NCBI GenBank assembly: GCA_027296625.1
Contig: JAPUIX010000158.1
Coordinates: forward strand, 232-64,231
Source: Gammaproteobacteria bacterium
GTDB lineage: Bacteria > Pseudomonadota > Gammaproteobacteria > JAKEHO01
DNA length: 64,000 nt
Reading direction: 5' to 3'
The notes under the pieces were generated by a model, which was given only the letters and a program-made list of their open reading frames with translations, was not told where the DNA came from and did no database searches. The number at the start of each line of letters is the position of its first letter. Position 1 is the stretch's first letter. Of this stretch, positions 60,710 to 64,000 are shown piece after piece. The translations under genes were made by a program, and so were the position numbers.

Positions 60710-62225
60710 AACTCTGTTTTTCCTGCCGATCGAGCTGTAACAGCTTGAAAGGCAGGGAAAACTTGGTGGTTCCAAAACCTTCGCTGACGGAGTACTCAAT
60801 CGGTCCCGTAAACATCAGTGACTGAATGATTCGTCGTTGCTCTAAATTTCCGTTATTCCATAGTTGATGCGGCCGACCCAGGAAGTCGAAGACTCGTTGC
60901 AACGCGGTTCCAAATTCTTCGTCGCCTGGCGCGTTACGTTCCGCTGCTGCAGACTCCTGCCGCTTCTCTGACTCCAATGCGTCAATACGCGCCTCCAGGC
61001 GCTTCATGACAGATGCACTACTCGAGCTTACGAGTTGGTCCAAAAGGCGATCGATATTCGCGTCAATCGCTATACATGCCTGCCTCGCACTTTTTCTGCG
61101 GACGGCCAAGCTATTCTCTCGTTCTGCCCAGACCTCTTCAGTAACACGTTTCGCCAGCCTAACTACGCCGGGTTTTGGGCAAACGGACTGCAAAAAATGC
61201 GAAAAATCGGTTTCGAGGCGCTTTTTGGGGATGCTTTTCTTTTCTTCGGGGCAGAATTTCGTGTTGGGACAACGATAGTACGGATACTTTTTCGTCCTTC
61301 CTGTGCTCCATGACCCCGTCAGCGGCGTACCACAACCACCGCAGAGAACGTGGTTTCGCAAGGGGAAATCATGCGCGAGGTTGCTCTTGGTGGGCGCACG
61401 ACGCCTCCCAGCAAGCCGTTTCTGGACCTTCTCAAATACTGCGCGAGAGATCAGAGGCTCATGATGACCCACCCGCTCGCAAATGCCCCAACGCTCGTAT
61501 TCGATTGCACCCGCATAGATCCGCCTTGTAAGAATACGCTTTGCCTCCTCGACAGTCGGGATCATGGTCTTCATCGACCGATTCCGAAGACCACCATCCG
61601 CTAGGAAAGCCCTAGCATCCGATTGCGTCAGCAATTCGCCCGTGGAGAACTTGGTGAATAGTTCGGAAATTAGAATGGCATTCGGCTTATCAGGTACTAG
61701 CAACTTGCCGTGCCCCGAAATTTTCTTGTATCGATAGCCGCGTGGCGGTGCGAAAACCCAGTAACCAGCCTCTAGACGGGCCTTTTGCCTGGATATAACT
61801 CGCTCCCGATTCTTAAGTCGCTCAAATTCTCCGGTGGCGACAACGATCGTCTCAAAGTACTGACTTTCAGGGGTATCTTCAAAATTGAAGTTCACACACG
61901 CCAACTTGCTGCCCGCCCCCTGAATAGCGAGCTTAAGAGCCCGTGAGAGTGCGACGTCTCGTGCAAGCCTATTCAGATCGTCGATGATTACAACGTAACC
62001 ACGCTTCCTTTCTTCGAGATAGCTAGTCAGCGCGTAGAAAGCAGGTCTGTGTTCCGTACCGCCAGAGATCGCCTCGTCTCGAAAGACGTTTTCTACGAAT
62101 AGACCGTGCTCTTTCGCGTAGTCGCGGCACCTGGCTTCCTGGCCGTCCAGCCCGTGTCCGTGTCTCACTTGTTTGTCAGACGAGACACGGCAATAAATCA
62201 CTGCTTTATTGAAAGCGTCCATCAA
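60645..62225 (-). CDS. large serine recombinase (resolvase/invertase N-terminal domain, recombinase domain, Zn ribbon, coiled coil)
   Basis: 526 aa with the N-terminal catalytic motif VIYCRVSSDKQ, a zinc ribbon CGGCG...YYRCPN..C, and a C-terminal coiled coil. The last 65 nt of the ORF overlap the tmRNA 3' end. Confidence 0.8.
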   Translation of the reverse strand: MMDAFNKAVIYCRVSSDKQVRHGHGLDGQEARCRDYAKEHGLFVENVFRDEAISGGTEHRPAFYALTSYLEERKRGYVVIIDDLNRLARDVALSRALKLAIQGAGSKLACVNFNFEDTPESQYFETIVVATGEFERLKNRERVISRQKARLEAGYWVFAPPRGYRYKKISGHGKLLVPDKPNAILISELFTKFSTGELLTQSDARAFLADGGLRNRSMKTMIPTVEEAKRILTRRIYAGAIEYERWGICERVGHHEPLISRAVFEKVQKRLAGRRRAPTKSNLAHDFPLRNHVLCGGCGTPLTGSWSTGRTKKYPYYRCPNTKFCPEEKKSIPKKRLETDFSHFLQSVCPKPGVVRLAKRVTEEVWAERENSLAVRRKSARQACIAIDANIDRLLDQLVSSSSASVMKRLEARIDALESEKRQESAAAERNAPGDEEFGTALQRVFDFLGRPHQLWNNGNLEQRRIIQSLMFTGPIEYSVSEGFGTTKFSLPFKLLQLDRQEKQSLVEAAGIEPASASTTPSALHA

Positions 62226-62251
62226 TTGAGATCACCGCGAAACGAACCCAT

Positions 62252-62752
62252 TTATTGCCGATTTGCACAGGTTGCAGACAGTTCCTTATTTAGCTTCAAG
62301 AATCGATTCTCGAGCGATACCTCGTAACGTTCATATAGGTCCATCACTCTTTCGATTTGCCCGGTAGTAATTGCCGGTTGATAACCCGGCGCAACGATTT
62401 CTCTTTCGCCAGGAAATTCAAATACAGGTTTTGATACCTCAGGATCATCGATTTGTAGCAAAAACTCGTTCACGGCAAACGACATCCGTCGCATCTGCAA
62501 GACGCAGAGCGCGATGCGCTCCACCAATACTTTCTGAACAAATCCCGCAGGCTCGTACTCCTCCGACAATTCGTCGCAGATAATTTTGTATGCAGGCAGC
62601 TCACCCTCCAAAATCCTATTCGACAGTCCGCCATGCTTGCAGGCATTCATTCGGGAAACCATCTTGCCGGGCACTGTCTTCACACCGCCCTTTTTCGCAT
62701 TCCGACGATTCGCCTCTAGTTGTTTGGTAGACACTCGATCATTGCCGGTCAT
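62252..62752 (-). CDS. hypothetical protein (island cargo)
   Basis: 166 aa with a basic N-terminus (NRRNAKKGG). A strong RBS GGGAGG lies upstream. No recognisable domain. Confidence 0.4.
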   Translation of the reverse strand: MTGNDRVSTKQLEANRRNAKKGGVKTVPGKMVSRMNACKHGGLSNRILEGELPAYKIICDELSEEYEPAGFVQKVLVERIALCVLQMRRMSFAVNEFLLQIDDPEVSKPVFEFPGEREIVAPGYQPAITTGQIERVMDLYERYEVSLENRFLKLNKELSATCANRQ

Positions 62753-62891
62753 TTGTATCTACCTCCCTCGTCAGCTCATTCAAAATATTCGTCGCAATGG
62801 CAATCAACGTATTGCGAATCTGCTCAATCTCAGCGTCTGACAAATCGCAGTCACCGAGCAGCTTCCTGCATTCCTTCACATCTGGGCCCAT
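62739..62891 (-). CDS. small acidic hypothetical protein (50 aa), translationally coupled to the 166-aa ORF
   Basis: This is a manual call that the ORF track missed because it is under 60 aa. It encodes MGPDVKECRKLLGDCDLSDAEIEQIRNTLIAIATNILNELTREVDTNDRQ. A GGAG RBS lies 8 nt upstream, and its stop overlaps the next gene's start (ATGACCGGCAATGA). Confidence 0.25.
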   Translation of the reverse strand: MGPDVKECRKLLGDCDLSDAEIEQIRNTLIAIATNILNELTREVDTNDRQ

Positions 62892-62976
62892 ACCGAACTC
62901 CGGGTATGAATCCAGCTCTGAGGATTTCAGTAGCCAGACGAATGGTTATCGATGATTGGGGGGTTCCCATATCGTT

Positions 62977-63864
62977 TTAAGCCTTTATCGACTCTATAAC
63001 TTCTGTTAGAACGGCCTTACCTTTCTGGACTTTCACTGTGAACTCACCGAACTCCATACTCCGCGCCAGCTGGTCAAGCTTGGACGCGGCCCTGCCTTTT
63101 CTTGATCTACACTTGATTCGCTCAATCTTTCCGTCTGAACCGTGTATTTCGACGACGTCATACCGCCCTGATCGCACAGATTCGATTATCGAAAGCTCTT
63201 TATCTGTCAGCTCGTGTTTTACGCGAAATTGTGGGAGTCGCATATTCGGCAGTACAGCCTTACAGCATTGGTTTAGATCAATAACCAGGTACGACTTCGT
63301 GTTGAGGTGTCCCGATGACATACAAAGCTCAAAGTTGGTTTGGTCAATGACCTCCGCCCATCCATCGCTGAAGCTAACAAGCAGAAATCGCGCAGGATCT
63401 ATCGCCAAGCAGTGTGTGACTGCATATTCAAACTCGGGCCTTGTGACCGACGGTTTGCCGGGAACCTCAAAAATTGCGCGGCGCGCGATCTTCAATGATT
63501 CCAGCGGCACACCAAACTTTCTCAGATCTGCCAGAACCTTTATCCAGACCAGGTCCAAGAAACTGAGCCGTCTCCAGCCCTCGCTGGTCTTTCTAGACTT
63601 GTCTTCGATCAGACCAGCTTCCGCCCAGTGGTTTATCACCCGATAGGTGGCCCCAGAGTCCTTCACGGTGTGGATCTTCTTGTTTACAAGGTCGCTGACC
63701 CGCTGAAATTCGGATCGTGTCTTGGAGACGTACTCCGCTACGCTGATATCCCAACCAGTGCCTCGAAAGAGGCGGTTCGGCTTCGTCGTCGGTACTTTCT
63801 GTCGGGTTGTCGGGTTCATGCAACGAAAATATACACATTCGTACAATTTGTCAAATCTATACAT
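62977..63864 (-). CDS. putative MerR-like HTH regulator fused to a C-terminal domain of unknown function (island cargo)
   Basis: It has a MerR-like HTH (SGATYRVINHWAEAGLI) and a coupling helix (SFLDLVWIKVLADLRKFGVPLESLKIARRAIFE), followed by about 170 aa of unknown function. The start is possibly at Met16 (63819). Confidence 0.4.
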   Translation of the reverse strand: MYRFDKLYECVYFRCMNPTTRQKVPTTKPNRLFRGTGWDISVAEYVSKTRSEFQRVSDLVNKKIHTVKDSGATYRVINHWAEAGLIEDKSRKTSEGWRRLSFLDLVWIKVLADLRKFGVPLESLKIARRAIFEVPGKPSVTRPEFEYAVTHCLAIDPARFLLVSFSDGWAEVIDQTNFELCMSSGHLNTKSYLVIDLNQCCKAVLPNMRLPQFRVKHELTDKELSIIESVRSGRYDVVEIHGSDGKIERIKCRSRKGRAASKLDQLARSMEFGEFTVKVQKGKAVLTEVIESIKA

Positions 63865-64000
63865 ACCTGTTCAATTTGGGAAACCAAAGGCCTTTCGGTA
63901 AATGGCCGGCAACCATGCCCGTACTCACTGCCCCAACAGCCCAAAAACGCGCTTTCCCAAAAAAGTCCTTCACTTCGCCGGCCACGGGCTCAGTCAGCGT

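Larger units (their letters stand above)
60710..64000. mobile_element. integrated mobile element or genomic island at the 3' end of ssrA. It is partial and continues past the window end.
   Basis: It begins exactly after the tmRNA CCA end. GC content drops to about 50% by eye. The first gene is a large serine recombinase, and the cargo is hypothetical. Confidence 0.6.

Noticed and set aside
60710-64000. direct repeat of the ssrA 3' end (attR) and any tRNA or CRISPR array in the island
   Set aside because: No copy of GGGTTCGATTCCCGCC or other repeat arrays was found within the window. The far boundary, if any, lies beyond 64000.

Overview
This is a 64 kb, GC-rich chromosomal window (~58% GC by eye), and the gene order looks gammaproteobacterial. 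Its housekeeping blocks are: smr | ispF-ispD-ftsB-eno-kdsA-pyrG | metZ-purF-cvpA-dedD-folC-accD-trpA-trpB-trpF-truA-(membrane protein)-fimV-asd-leuB | dapC-dapD | glmM-ftsH-rlmE-greA-carB-carA | Rieske | dapB-dnaJ-dnaK-grpE-hrcA | nadK-recN | fur | bamE-lipoprotein | ratB-ratA-SNF | smpB-ssrA. A compact one-carbon / serine-cycle module sits between pyrG and metZ. It consists of an EamA transporter, formate-THF ligase, and a tightly packed minus-strand operon sga-mcl-mtkA-mtkB-hprA-ppc. This points to a methylotroph or methanotroph-like lifestyle. The window ends with a canonical tmRNA (tag ANEDNYALAA), immediately followed by a lower-GC integrated element. That element opens with a large serine recombinase whose ORF reads into the ssrA 3' end, and it carries three uncharacterised cargo genes before the window ends. 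I could not assign a known defence or other named system to that cargo, so it is the most likely place for something new. I also mapped a CIRCE operator upstream of hrcA and a sigma-32-type promoter upstream of dnaK. Several automatic ORF calls have N-terminal over-extensions, and I corrected them by homology to conserved N-termini and by ATGA-type overlaps. No CRISPR array, rRNA or tRNA was seen.
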